From a virus: a stretch of DNA of 64,000 nucleotides. The translations under genes were made by a program, and so were the position numbers. Every line of letters starts with the position of its first letter. Positions within the stretch are counted from its first letter, which is position 1. Where the stretch lies: positions 85,261-149,260 of the IMG/VR virus record IMGVR_UViG_3300025913_000021. The stretch is one strand, 5' to 3'. Shown in pieces: positions 17,595 through 25,918 of this stretch. The notes beneath the pieces are model-generated. The model saw only the letters and a list, made by a program, of their open reading frames with translations, did not search any database and was not told the DNA's origin.

Positions 17595-19136
17595 TCAGAC
17601 CGACGCCTTGGTCTTGCTCTCGGCCTTGTAGTCCTTCACGCACAAGGGCTTCTGGAAGCGGGTCATGGCGAGGTTGGCGATGTCCACGTCGTCCACCACC
17701 TCCCCACACGTCGCGCACTTGGTGCCTGGCACGACCTCGCGTCCAATCTCCACGCCGCCTAGCTGGTCCTTCACGAGCGCCACGGCCTCGTCCATCTGGG
17801 CCTGCTCGGAAGTCCCCGTTTCGGGAGGCGTAGGAGTTGCATCGGCCGAGGGAGCCGGGGTTGTCACCTCCTCTGCGGGCTCCACGGGAGGCTTCGGCGG
17901 GGTCTCGACGTTTCCGACGCCCGTCTGAACGCCGGGCAGGTCCCCGGCGTAGGCGTCGTACGCCTTGAGGTAGTCGATGATCGTCCCCCGGTCGGTGACC
18001 TGACCGGCCAGAGCGTCGGCCTTCACCGCGACGAACCACTTCGCGATCATGCGGGCCTTGCCCAGAGTCCAGGTCTGGATGTCGGCCGGAAGCGCCAGAG
18101 AATGGGCCATGTAGTGCTTCGTGAGGACCTGGAGACCGCCCGCGTTGATCGGCTTGTCGTCGTCCGACAGGGGCACGCCGGGGGTCGTCGCCTCGGTCGG
18201 CTGCGGCGCGGGAGCCGGTGCTGCGGCGGGAGCAGGTTCGGGCGCGCTGGGCGCTTGTGCCGTGCTCACGTTTTGAGCGCCAGTTGGAGCCTGCTCGGGC
18301 TCCGGGAGGTTGGCGATCTTGATGCCCTCGGTCGCCTGCGGCTGAGCCACCGGCTTCGGCGCATCCACCGTGATCTCGGTCGGGTTCTGGCTCGGCACGT
18401 CGCGCTTGATGCCCTTGAACACCGCATCGAACAGCGTCGAGAACTTCGGCTCGCTGATCTCCGGCACCCGGCCCGCCGCCCGGTTGCCCAGACTCGGGTT
18501 CTTGAGGTCGCCCTCGTTCTTGAGGAAGTACGCGATCTTCGGGTTGCCCTGCGCGTCCACCTGCCGGTCGCGGAACGCGAGCAGCGAGAAGTCCACGAAG
18601 CCCGCCACCTCGTCCTTGATCCCGCCCTGGAGCGCGGGAGCGTAAATGAGCCTCGACTCGTCGTCCTGCGTGGTGCTCGTGTGCACCGTGAAGATCACGT
18701 TCATCGGCAGCGCGACGAACGCCTTGAGGATCGTCGCCATGCGCTCCTTGAGCGTGCCCCAGTCGGCCTGCTGCATGGACGTGCGTCGGTTTTCCTTGAG
18801 GATCTCCTTCTTGAGCATCTCCTGCCAGGCGTCGAGCGTGTCGATCGCCACCGTGTCGATCTGCGGCAGGCCGAGCTGCTTCGCCGCCTTCGAGCGCATC
18901 GTGTCGTCCTGGAGGACGGTGTGCAGCGTCTGGAGCTTGTCCGTGCCGTCGATCTCGACGTACGGGATGTCCATGTGCGCGATGGACATCAGGCCCGCCT
19001 CCACGGCCGCGACGACGATGTTCGGCGCGGTCGCCAGGAAGGTGGTCTTGCCGGACTTCGGTGGACCCTGCAACAGGATCTTGAGGTAGCGCGGGTAGTC
19101 GGCATCACCCGTGCGCTTGAACGCGAACTGAGCCAT
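17595..19136 (-). CDS. Sak4-like (AAA_24) recombination ATPase with long C-terminal extension
   Basis: GPPKSGKT, VAIDTLD, DWG, VIFTVH, PALQG. Confidence 0.82.
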   Translation of the reverse strand: MAQFAFKRTGDADYPRYLKILLQGPPKSGKTTFLATAPNIVVAAVEAGLMSIAHMDIPYVEIDGTDKLQTLHTVLQDDTMRSKAAKQLGLPQIDTVAIDTLDAWQEMLKKEILKENRRTSMQQADWGTLKERMATILKAFVALPMNVIFTVHTSTTQDDESRLIYAPALQGGIKDEVAGFVDFSLLAFRDRQVDAQGNPKIAYFLKNEGDLKNPSLGNRAAGRVPEISEPKFSTLFDAVFKGIKRDVPSQNPTEITVDAPKPVAQPQATEGIKIANLPEPEQAPTGAQNVSTAQAPSAPEPAPAAAPAPAPQPTEATTPGVPLSDDDKPINAGGLQVLTKHYMAHSLALPADIQTWTLGKARMIAKWFVAVKADALAGQVTDRGTIIDYLKAYDAYAGDLPGVQTGVGNVETPPKPPVEPAEEVTTPAPSADATPTPPETGTSEQAQMDEAVALVKDQLGGVEIGREVVPGTKCATCGEVVDDVDIANLAMTRFQKPLCVKDYKAESKTKASV

Positions 19137-19160
19137 TCCAATCTCTCTCTCTGTTGGGGA

Positions 19161-19193
19161 CCGCGCGGGGTCGGCCGAGGTAACCCCGCGCGG
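19161..19193 (-). terminator. intergenic hairpin
   Basis: CCGCGCGGGG/CCCCGCGCGG inverted repeat. Confidence 0.45.
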
Positions 19194-19205
19194 CCGGTCC
19201 TGTTC

Positions 19206-19595
19206 CTACGTCGCCCGCCACACGGTCTGTGGCGACTGATGAGAACTCATCCGCGTCTGGCCGGTGTCCACGACGAAGCCGTCGCGCACCAGCTCCCGCA
19301 CTCGCGGGCCGACGTGGCTGTACTCCATGCCGAGCCTGGTGCCCAGCTCCTCGTAGGTCAGTCCGTTCGTACCGGCAGCGGTGATCGCGTCCAGGCACAA
19401 GCGGCGGTTGGTTCCGGCCTTCGGTGCTCCTGCTCGGGCACCGGCCTTCTGCACGGCGTTGTCGGTCGAGGCGCTCAACGTCGGCGGGTTGCGTGGGATC
19501 GACTTGCCCGCGTTCGAGGGGCACGTCGGGTCGGTGCACTGCATGGTCGCCGTGTCCTTGCTGACCTGCATGCACTGGAGGCAACGGACCTTCAT
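19206..19595 (-). CDS. Zn-ribbon + winged-HTH DNA-binding protein
   Basis: CLQC...CTDPTC; GLTYEELGTRLGM....VGPRVRELVRDGFVVDTG.TR...VW. Confidence 0.7.
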   Translation of the reverse strand: MKVRCLQCMQVSKDTATMQCTDPTCPSNAGKSIPRNPPTLSASTDNAVQKAGARAGAPKAGTNRRLCLDAITAAGTNGLTYEELGTRLGMEYSHVGPRVRELVRDGFVVDTGQTRMSSHQSPQTVWRAT

Positions 19596-20086
19596 CAGTG
19601 CCCCACGTACCCGATCCCCACGTGATCGGTGTAAGCGTCCATGCTGATCAACTCGACGCCTCGGTTGACCGAACCGACGATGCCGGTCGCGTTGACGACG
19701 GCGCGGGAGAGCTTGCCCTGCTTGCCGACGAACACCGCGACGTGGCTGACGCTGTTCGGGTGCGTGATCGAGCCGTAGTAGAACACCAGATCGCCGGGCT
19801 TGATCCAGAACATCGGCCAGTGCAGAGCACCGTGACCGGCGTCGTGCAGCGTCTTGCCGTGCTCGTCGATGCGGATGCCTCGGGCCACCGTGCGCACGCC
19901 GGGCGCGGTGATGAGCGCACCGGAGTTGTGCGGCAGCTCGATGAACGGCTTCCAGGCAGCGAGCACCGAGCCGGAGCAGTCGTAGCTGTTCGGGCCCGCC
20001 GCGCCCCACTGGTAGGGCTTGCCGAGCTGACTCAGCGCACGCTGTACGACCTCGGTGCGCTGCAAGTCGGTGAATCGGACGCTCAT
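19595..20086 (-). CDS. NlpC/P60 peptidoglycan endopeptidase
   Basis: LGKPYQWGAAGPNSYDCSG, KPGDLVF, HVAVFVG. Confidence 0.9.
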   Translation of the reverse strand: MSVRFTDLQRTEVVQRALSQLGKPYQWGAAGPNSYDCSGSVLAAWKPFIELPHNSGALITAPGVRTVARGIRIDEHGKTLHDAGHGALHWPMFWIKPGDLVFYYGSITHPNSVSHVAVFVGKQGKLSRAVVNATGIVGSVNRGVELISMDAYTDHVGIGYVGH

Positions 20087-20370
20087 CCGATCTGCACCTC
20101 CACCCATCCATCCTCGGGATCGGTCATCTTGACCATCGTGAGCTTGTAGTGCATGGCGATGAGATCGACCTGGGCCAGCGAGTCCTCGCGGACCATGCCC
20201 TTCCACCAGGGCCGGTACCTCAGCGTCGCCATGATCTCGCCGCAGGCCCATCCGGCGACGAACGCCTCGTCGTCGTACGGCCCGCCTCGCGAAGTGACGA
20301 CGGTGAACGGCATGACCAGGCTGAACTCCTGGCCACCCTCGTCGGTGAAGTGCTGATCGTCGTCGGTCAC
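20083..20370 (-). CDS. hypothetical protein
   Basis: GTG at 20370; GGPYDDEAFVAGW; coupled. Confidence 0.6.
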   Translation of the reverse strand: MTDDDQHFTDEGGQEFSLVMPFTVVTSRGGPYDDEAFVAGWACGEIMATLRYRPWWKGMVREDSLAQVDLIAMHYKLTMVKMTDPEDGWVEVQIG

Positions 20371-20498
20371 AACGCCCACTCCGTTCCGCAGGAGCACTTC
20401 ACGAGCAGTCCCTTCGCACTGATGTCCCAGAGCGGCGCGGAGACGCGGCGCTCCTCCTGCTTGTGCTTGAGCACCTTGCGGTGCCACCAGCGGTTCAC
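20367..20498 (-). CDS. 43-aa hypothetical protein (not in ORF track)
   Basis: MNRWWHRKVLKHKQ...KCSCGTEWAL; GTGA overlaps at both ends. Confidence 0.5.
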   Translation of the reverse strand: MNRWWHRKVLKHKQEERRVSAPLWDISAKGLLVKCSCGTEWAL

Positions 20499-20725
20499 GG
20501 GATCAACTGGATCGCTCGGGCGGTGTTCTCGCCGCGCTTGATCCATCCCTGCATTTCCAGTCGGCGCAGTCGGCTCTGCACGGTGGACGTGCTCGACAAC
20601 CCGACGGCCTTGCCGATCTCACGCACCGTCGGAGCCCAGCCGGTCTCCTCGATGTGCTTTTGGATGAACGTCAGAATCTTCTTGTCGTGGGCGGTGGGCT
20701 TGGGTCGCTCGATGACGGCCTTCAC
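20495..20725 (-). CDS. stand-alone LexA N-terminal DNA-binding domain
   Basis: ILTFIQKHIEETGWAPTVREIGKAVGLSSTSTVQSRLRRLE.QGWIKR...ARAI; no peptidase domain. Confidence 0.85.
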   Translation of the reverse strand: MKAVIERPKPTAHDKKILTFIQKHIEETGWAPTVREIGKAVGLSSTSTVQSRLRRLEMQGWIKRGENTARAIQLIP

Positions 20726-21528
20726 TCCAGTCCCTCCTCGGCTCGTGATGGCAACCCGCAGACCTTCCGGAACTCGCAGAACTCGCACTTCTCGCCGGAC
20801 AGGTCCGGCACGAAGATCCCGAGAGCGATGCTCTGCTCGATCTGGTCGCACGCGTAGCGCAGACGGTTGTAGTGCATCTGGGTGCGTTGCCCGGCGGTGA
20901 TCCGCTTCGGTGCACGAAGCTGCACCCACTCGCCCTCGCGGGGCGCGTTGGCCAGCTCGGTGAACAGTCGCGGGCCGTCGGGGATGTTGGCCCAGAACTC
21001 CTGCTGGGTGGTCGCGTAGCAGTAGGCGGAGAACTGCACGTCGTGTGCGAGGTAGTCCCTCGTCGGCTGCTTGCTGCCGGTCTTGTAGTCGCTGATCAGG
21101 ACGCTGTACGAGCCGTCCTTCTGGGTTCGCAGGCACACCTTGTCGGCCGTGCCCGCGAGGGTGCTGCCGTCACCGATGGGGACCTCGAACTGGTACTCAC
21201 GGGCGAGCACGATGTCGGTGTCCCACTGGATCAAGGACCACCAGTCGCGCAGGATGCGGTAGCCCAGGTCGGTGTAGGTCGAGTGGTCGTATCGGGGGAT
21301 CAGGTAGTCGTAGTCGAGATCGAAGTCCGCGAGGTGTTGCCAGATCGCGGTGAAACGATCTATGCCGACCTGCGGGTCGTAGGCCAGCTCCATCTGCATC
21401 ACGGCATCGTGGATCGCCGTGCCGAAGCTCATCGCGCTGGACTGTTCGCGCGGTGCTCCCTGATCTTGGAAGCGATACCGCAGCGAGCACTCCGTGAACA
21501 ACTTGATGGTGGACTGGCGGAACTGCAT
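20722..21528 (-). CDS. PD-(D/E)XK (RecB/Cas4-like) exonuclease
   Basis: GTAIH, GTADKV, ISDYKTG, QFSAY and C-terminal CEFCEFRKVC. Confidence 0.88.
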   Translation of the reverse strand: MQFRQSTIKLFTECSLRYRFQDQGAPREQSSAMSFGTAIHDAVMQMELAYDPQVGIDRFTAIWQHLADFDLDYDYLIPRYDHSTYTDLGYRILRDWWSLIQWDTDIVLAREYQFEVPIGDGSTLAGTADKVCLRTQKDGSYSVLISDYKTGSKQPTRDYLAHDVQFSAYCYATTQQEFWANIPDGPRLFTELANAPREGEWVQLRAPKRITAGQRTQMHYNRLRYACDQIEQSIALGIFVPDLSGEKCEFCEFRKVCGLPSRAEEGLE

Positions 21529-21698
21529 GCCAGTCACCCTCCCACCCACCACTGACAAGAACGGCCCGTCGAATCCGAACATCGGACCCGTTTGTTCGAG
21601 TCGTTCGAGGCGGTGTCGAGGAAGTTAGCACCCTCTACAGAGGGTCACCAAGACCCAGTTTTTGCCCGTCTTTGTTCGGATTGGCAGGCTGTTCGGAC

Positions 21699-21710
21699 GA
21701 ACGTCCGTTC
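21699..21710. promoter_or_regulatory. LexA/SOS-box-like operator
   Basis: GAAC-GTCC-GTTC among several other GTTC half-sites at 21575-21720. Confidence 0.4.
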
Positions 21711-21733
21711 CTGCTCGTTCACAGAGAGTACGC

Positions 21734-22204
21734 CTAGTTTCCTGGCGTCGCCGGGCCTGCTGGGGACTCGCCTGTGGACTGCACCGACCCGATCTTCCCG
21801 ACGCTCATCGAGTGCCGACTCACGTAGCTCATCGGCTGGTCGGACACGTCGGTCCTGGGTGGGAGGCCGAGCTTCTCGTCGGTGACGCCCTTGCGCTGGA
21901 GCTTGTCGCTGATGCCGCTGGGCTTCCATACCCGCAGGTACGAACCCTCGGCCAGCAGCCACGTCGTGACCGCGCTGATCACGCTGGCCTGCCACACGAA
22001 GTGCTGGTTCGCCTTGATCGCGTCGAGCCACTGAGTGAGCACGGCCGAGACGCCGGATAGACCCGCGAGGATCGCAGCCTTGAGCCCCTTGTTCATGGAC
22101 TCGTTGGTGAAGTAGCCAACCGCGTTCGGCAGGACGATGCCGATGATCAGCGAGATCACGCCCGCCGTGTTGAAGGCGACCGCGACTGGGGCGTTGGAGG
22201 ACAT
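21734..22204 (-). CDS. holin-like membrane protein
   Basis: Three hydrophobic segments; YLRVWKPSGI pattern resembling actinophage holins. Confidence 0.65.
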   Translation of the reverse strand: MSSNAPVAVAFNTAGVISLIIGIVLPNAVGYFTNESMNKGLKAAILAGLSGVSAVLTQWLDAIKANQHFVWQASVISAVTTWLLAEGSYLRVWKPSGISDKLQRKGVTDEKLGLPPRTDVSDQPMSYVSRHSMSVGKIGSVQSTGESPAGPATPGN

Positions 22205-22261
22205 GGATTCCCTTCCGATGAGCGTCAGTACCTCATCGGGATCATGCCTCCTGGGACGGAG

Positions 22262-22507
22262 CTACGCGCGGTGGCGGGCTCGCTGGTTCGCCGCCATCAT
22301 GGCCTCGGCCAGGCTCTCGCGGTCGTGCTCGTTGACGGCGTGGATTGCGTCCAGCGTGACGTTGCTGATCTCCAGGGTCACGGTCGTCTTGCGGTGCTTC
22401 GGGGAGAAGTGCCACGTCACGGCCGTGACATCACGAACTTCCTCGCCGTCGAGGGTCACCTGCGTTCCTTCGACCGTCCCGTCGCTGACGATGCGCAACC
22501 CGTCCAT
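22262..22507 (-). CDS. hypothetical protein
   Basis: Open frame with GC3-rich codons. Confidence 0.55.
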   Translation of the reverse strand: MDGLRIVSDGTVEGTQVTLDGEEVRDVTAVTWHFSPKHRKTTVTLEISNVTLDAIHAVNEHDRESLAEAMMAANQRARHRA

Positions 22508-22509
22508 GA

Positions 22510-23325
22510 CTATCCCGTCCCCGAATCCGCTGCCGACGCCACGGGTCGCGGCTTGTCGATCAGCGGGACTAGCACTGCCAGGAAGAACACCGCTGCCAGC
22601 AACGATGCGATGTCAGTCCACAGGAACAGCTTCCCGCTTCCGGGCCCAATGTGATAGGCCCCACCGGCTATTTCGATGGCCTGGGCAAGGCGGCGGAACG
22701 CCATCGTGACGAACACGAGCCCGAGACTGACGCCAAGTACCGACCACTCCCGGGTGCGCCGATGCACCCGAAGTTGATAACTCAGCCATATAGCGCTCAA
22801 CATCAAGTAGAGCCCGGTCAAGATCAGGTTATAGCTGGAGTCGAAGTGCCACCAGCGAAAGTGCGTATGTCTGAACCGAGCTACGTCCACGGTTCGCATT
22901 ATGAATGCCCCGATGTAAGCCCCGAGTGCAAGAACGACTCCAAGGAGCCACGCGGGGGTGGTTCTCACGATCCTCTGAGGCAAACTCCGGGCAAGTCGGA
23001 CACGCTCCCACCCGAAGATCAGTAGTGGCGGGAAGCACACGATCAACGAACCGATGTCCAGCGCGCGAATTCCGCGCGGGCCGGTCAGGTGCATGTTGAG
23101 CGTGTAGACACCGTGAACGATCGCGTACAACCCCGAGGTGAGCGATACCGTCACCATGCCTAGGCCAAAAACCGCCGCCCGTCCTTTTCGCTGTCGCAAA
23201 TACGGCAGCGCTTCGTAGGCGAAAAAGATGCCGAGGATGACGAAGTTCAATAAGCCGAGAATGATCTGCGTCCACCCCCAGAAGTGACTCGCGCTCGTCG
23301 GCGTATTCAGCACCGGCCAGCTCAT
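22510..23325 (-). CDS. polytopic (~7 TM) membrane protein
   Basis: About seven hydrophobic segments; visibly more AT-rich codons than its neighbours. Confidence 0.75.
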   Translation of the reverse strand: MSWPVLNTPTSASHFWGWTQIILGLLNFVILGIFFAYEALPYLRQRKGRAAVFGLGMVTVSLTSGLYAIVHGVYTLNMHLTGPRGIRALDIGSLIVCFPPLLIFGWERVRLARSLPQRIVRTTPAWLLGVVLALGAYIGAFIMRTVDVARFRHTHFRWWHFDSSYNLILTGLYLMLSAIWLSYQLRVHRRTREWSVLGVSLGLVFVTMAFRRLAQAIEIAGGAYHIGPGSGKLFLWTDIASLLAAVFFLAVLVPLIDKPRPVASAADSGTG

Positions 23326-23633
23326 TCGTCGTCCTTCCCTGCCGACGCACCCATTTGCCGCATGGCCTCGGCGATGATGCTCTTGGTCGCAGCTCGGCCC
23401 AGGATCGCGAAGTCGTCGTCGCTGTCCGAGTTCTTCGTCAGGTCTCGTCCGGTGATCTTCGTAGCCAGCGCACCGACCGCCGCCGAAGCGATGGCGACCA
23501 ACGGCTGCGCGTCGATTTTCACGACCGCCAGGACCACGATGCCGACGATGCAGACCATCGCCGTAGCACCGAGGAACGTCAGGATCAGGCGGTCGTTACT
23601 CCCTTCCTCCTGGTGCTGCTGCTTCCGCGCCAT
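23322..23633 (-). CDS. two-TM membrane protein
   Basis: GAGGAG SD; LILTFLGATAMVCIVGIVVLAVV. Confidence 0.65.
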   Translation of the reverse strand: MARKQQHQEEGSNDRLILTFLGATAMVCIVGIVVLAVVKIDAQPLVAIASAAVGALATKITGRDLTKNSDSDDDFAILGRAATKSIIAEAMRQMGASAGKDDE

Positions 23634-23684
23634 TGCCCTCGACTCCTCTGTTGCCCGTTCCCGCACGGAAAAGGCGTCACTAGG

Positions 23685-23713
23685 CCATCGGTCCTTCGCG
23701 GCTACGGCTTCAC
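23685..23713 (-). promoter_or_regulatory. sigma-28-type promoter
   Basis: GTGAAG-N15-ACCGATGG upstream of the membrane-protein/holin operon. Confidence 0.55.
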
Positions 23714-23724
23714 CATGAAAGGGG

Positions 23725-25446
23725 TCAGAACCACAACGACACGTTTACGTCGGCTGCCGCCGTCGGCCCGCCGTCCACCAATGCGGTGGCCGTGAGCAGA
23801 CCAGCACTGAGCGTCGGCACCGAGGTCTCGAAGCGCACGTCCTGCACCTCGTAGGTCTGCGCCACGCCGGTCACCTTCGACACCCGGATGACGATGGGCA
23901 CGCCGCCCGGCGCGGTGAAGCTCAGCGGCCCGATCTCGGCGAAACCGATCGTGGTCGTGACCGTGTAGTTGGCCCCCGCGATCTGGGTGTTCGTGTCCAG
24001 GCGGATGACCTGGAGACCGATGTCGTTGGTCGCGGTGGTCAGCTCGTTCGTGCGCAGCGAGGCGTACGCGCGGTAGGTCCCCGGATCGAGCGAGCCCATG
24101 TTCCCCTGTGCCCACTCGCCGTTGAGCTGCAACAGCATCGACTGGCCGGTGTCGCTGATGTCATCGGTGATCAACCCGACCAGCGCCGGGTCGGACACGT
24201 CCACCGCCGACGGGTCGCTCATGTAGATCTCCAGCGCCTCCACCAGCGGCCACTCCACGTGGTAGTAACCCAGCGGATCGACCGGCGTTGCTCCTGGCGG
24301 ATCGCAGACCAGATCCACGTAGCTCGGCGTCGCCGCGTTGTCGCTGATCCGGATCGTCACCTCAGAGGTGCCGTCCGGGGGCGTCTTGAAGAACGCCGTC
24401 AGTCGAGCGGGCTTCACCGGGGCCGGACTCTCGGTGATGTCGAGAACCTGCGTGTCGGTGACCACGCCCGGCGTGAAGAAGTTCAAGATCCGCACACCGC
24501 GCGGGATCGACGCCAGCTCCAGCGAACCGGCCAGCTCGTTGAGCGTGACCAGCACGCCGCTGCCGATGGTCGTCCCGGTCTCCTGCGGGAAACCCGGCAG
24601 CAGCGAGTCGCCCGTGTCCACCCACATGGTGCGCGGCACAATGCTGGTGTCGGTGACGCCCTCGGTGACCTCGTGCACCAGGGAGTTGCCGTCGTACTCG
24701 CCGGAGGCGGTGGCCCGGTAGATGCGCCACGCCTGGCAGCCGTCCGGGATGAACGCCCCCGGGATGGTGACCTCGATCGAGTTCGCGGCGTTGGTGGTGT
24801 TCACGGTGTTGACCGTGATCGTCTGGTCCTCGGCGATGCCGTCGTCGTAGAAGCTGCCGCTGGTCAGCGAGCCGATGAAGTAGAACTGGCTCTGCCCCGG
24901 CCGCGAGCGGTAGATGCGGATGCCCGCCGCGCCGGTCCCCAGCGTGCCGAAGTCGAGCTTGATGCGGTTGGTCGTGCCCGAGACCACCTGGACGTTGTTG
25001 ATGCTGCTCGGCGTCGTCTCACCGCCGTACGGGTCGTAGTAGGTGATCAGGTACGAGTACGTGCCGGGCAGCAGTCCACCGGACGAGGGCTCCACGGTGG
25101 CGCTCGGTGCAGCCGGTGGTCCGATCGGGTTCGGCGTGGTCACCGATGCCTCGGGGCTCGCGGCGGTCTCCAGCCCGAAGCGGTCGATGAAGGAAGCCCG
25201 GTAGTAGAACGTTGTCGCGGCAGGCAAATGGCCGCCCGTCGAAACGGCGACGAACGTGCACGGGTCGGTCGGGTCGCCCAGCGGCGGCTCGCCCGTGTGC
25301 TGGTGGTTGGCCAGCGCGTACAGCAGGTCGTCCAGCCGCACCCGGTCGGCGTCCGAGAAGGCCCAGCCGTCCTTGCTGAACGCCTCGCCCGCGTTGATGC
25401 GCGTCAAGCCGAAGTGCGAAGTCGGCGTGGTGACGGATTCGGTCAT
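23725..25446 (-). CDS. minor tail/structural protein with Ig/FN3-like and carbohydrate-binding-like domains
   Basis: Repeated YYR.SF.D..G.ET..SP and RIYRS motifs; beta-rich; last gene of the tail block. Confidence 0.65.
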   Translation of the reverse strand: MTESVTTPTSHFGLTRINAGEAFSKDGWAFSDADRVRLDDLLYALANHQHTGEPPLGDPTDPCTFVAVSTGGHLPAATTFYYRASFIDRFGLETAASPEASVTTPNPIGPPAAPSATVEPSSGGLLPGTYSYLITYYDPYGGETTPSSINNVQVVSGTTNRIKLDFGTLGTGAAGIRIYRSRPGQSQFYFIGSLTSGSFYDDGIAEDQTITVNTVNTTNAANSIEVTIPGAFIPDGCQAWRIYRATASGEYDGNSLVHEVTEGVTDTSIVPRTMWVDTGDSLLPGFPQETGTTIGSGVLVTLNELAGSLELASIPRGVRILNFFTPGVVTDTQVLDITESPAPVKPARLTAFFKTPPDGTSEVTIRISDNAATPSYVDLVCDPPGATPVDPLGYYHVEWPLVEALEIYMSDPSAVDVSDPALVGLITDDISDTGQSMLLQLNGEWAQGNMGSLDPGTYRAYASLRTNELTTATNDIGLQVIRLDTNTQIAGANYTVTTTIGFAEIGPLSFTAPGGVPIVIRVSKVTGVAQTYEVQDVRFETSVPTLSAGLLTATALVDGGPTAAADVNVSLWF

Positions 25447-25453
25447 CGAGTCC

Positions 25454-25918
25454 TCACACGTAGTAGGGGACGGGCTGTGGCTCGTCCTGGAACGGGACAG
25501 GCTTCACGACACCGGTACCACTGAGCACCTGGCCGTGGAGGAGCAGGGAGCGCGAGACTGCTGCGCCGACCGAGCCCTGGAAGTCGAACTGAGCCTCGTG
25601 ACTCAGACGGGCATCCAATTGCGTGTGACCGATGATCGTAGCGGTGAACTGGGGGCGTTCGACCACGACGAGCGTGCCGGACAGGATGGTGCTGCCGACG
25701 ATCGTCCCGGCTAGCGGCGCGCGCTGACCGAGCGTGGCGGTGAACCGGGTGCGCCCGACGATGGTGCCGCTCAGGTGTGCCGGGAGCGAGAGCCTCGGGC
25801 TGACGAAGCGGGTCTTGCCGACGATATGCGCGTGCAGCCCGCTCGTGACCTCATCGGGGTCACCCCCGAGCATGGTCGAGCCAGTGAAGAAGTCGCCGAG
25901 GAGGTTGCTCACTGCCAC
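25454..25918 (-). CDS. minor structural protein with internal repeats
   Basis: Repeated L.GTIVG.T.F motif. Confidence 0.55.
   Translation of the reverse strand: MAVSNLLGDFFTGSTMLGGDPDEVTSGLHAHIVGKTRFVSPRLSLPAHLSGTIVGRTRFTATLGQRAPLAGTIVGSTILSGTLVVVERPQFTATIIGHTQLDARLSHEAQFDFQGSVGAAVSRSLLLHGQVLSGTGVVKPVPFQDEPQPVPYYV

Noticed and set aside
20722-21528. Cas4-like nuclease as evidence of CRISPR-Cas
   Set aside because: No repeat-spacer array or other cas genes; the Sak4/SSB context indicates phage recombination.
22233-22261. CTCCGT-N15-CCCGATGA upstream of the holin
   Set aside because: Both boxes deviate from the other sites, so it was too weak to list as a feature, though it may belong to the regulon.
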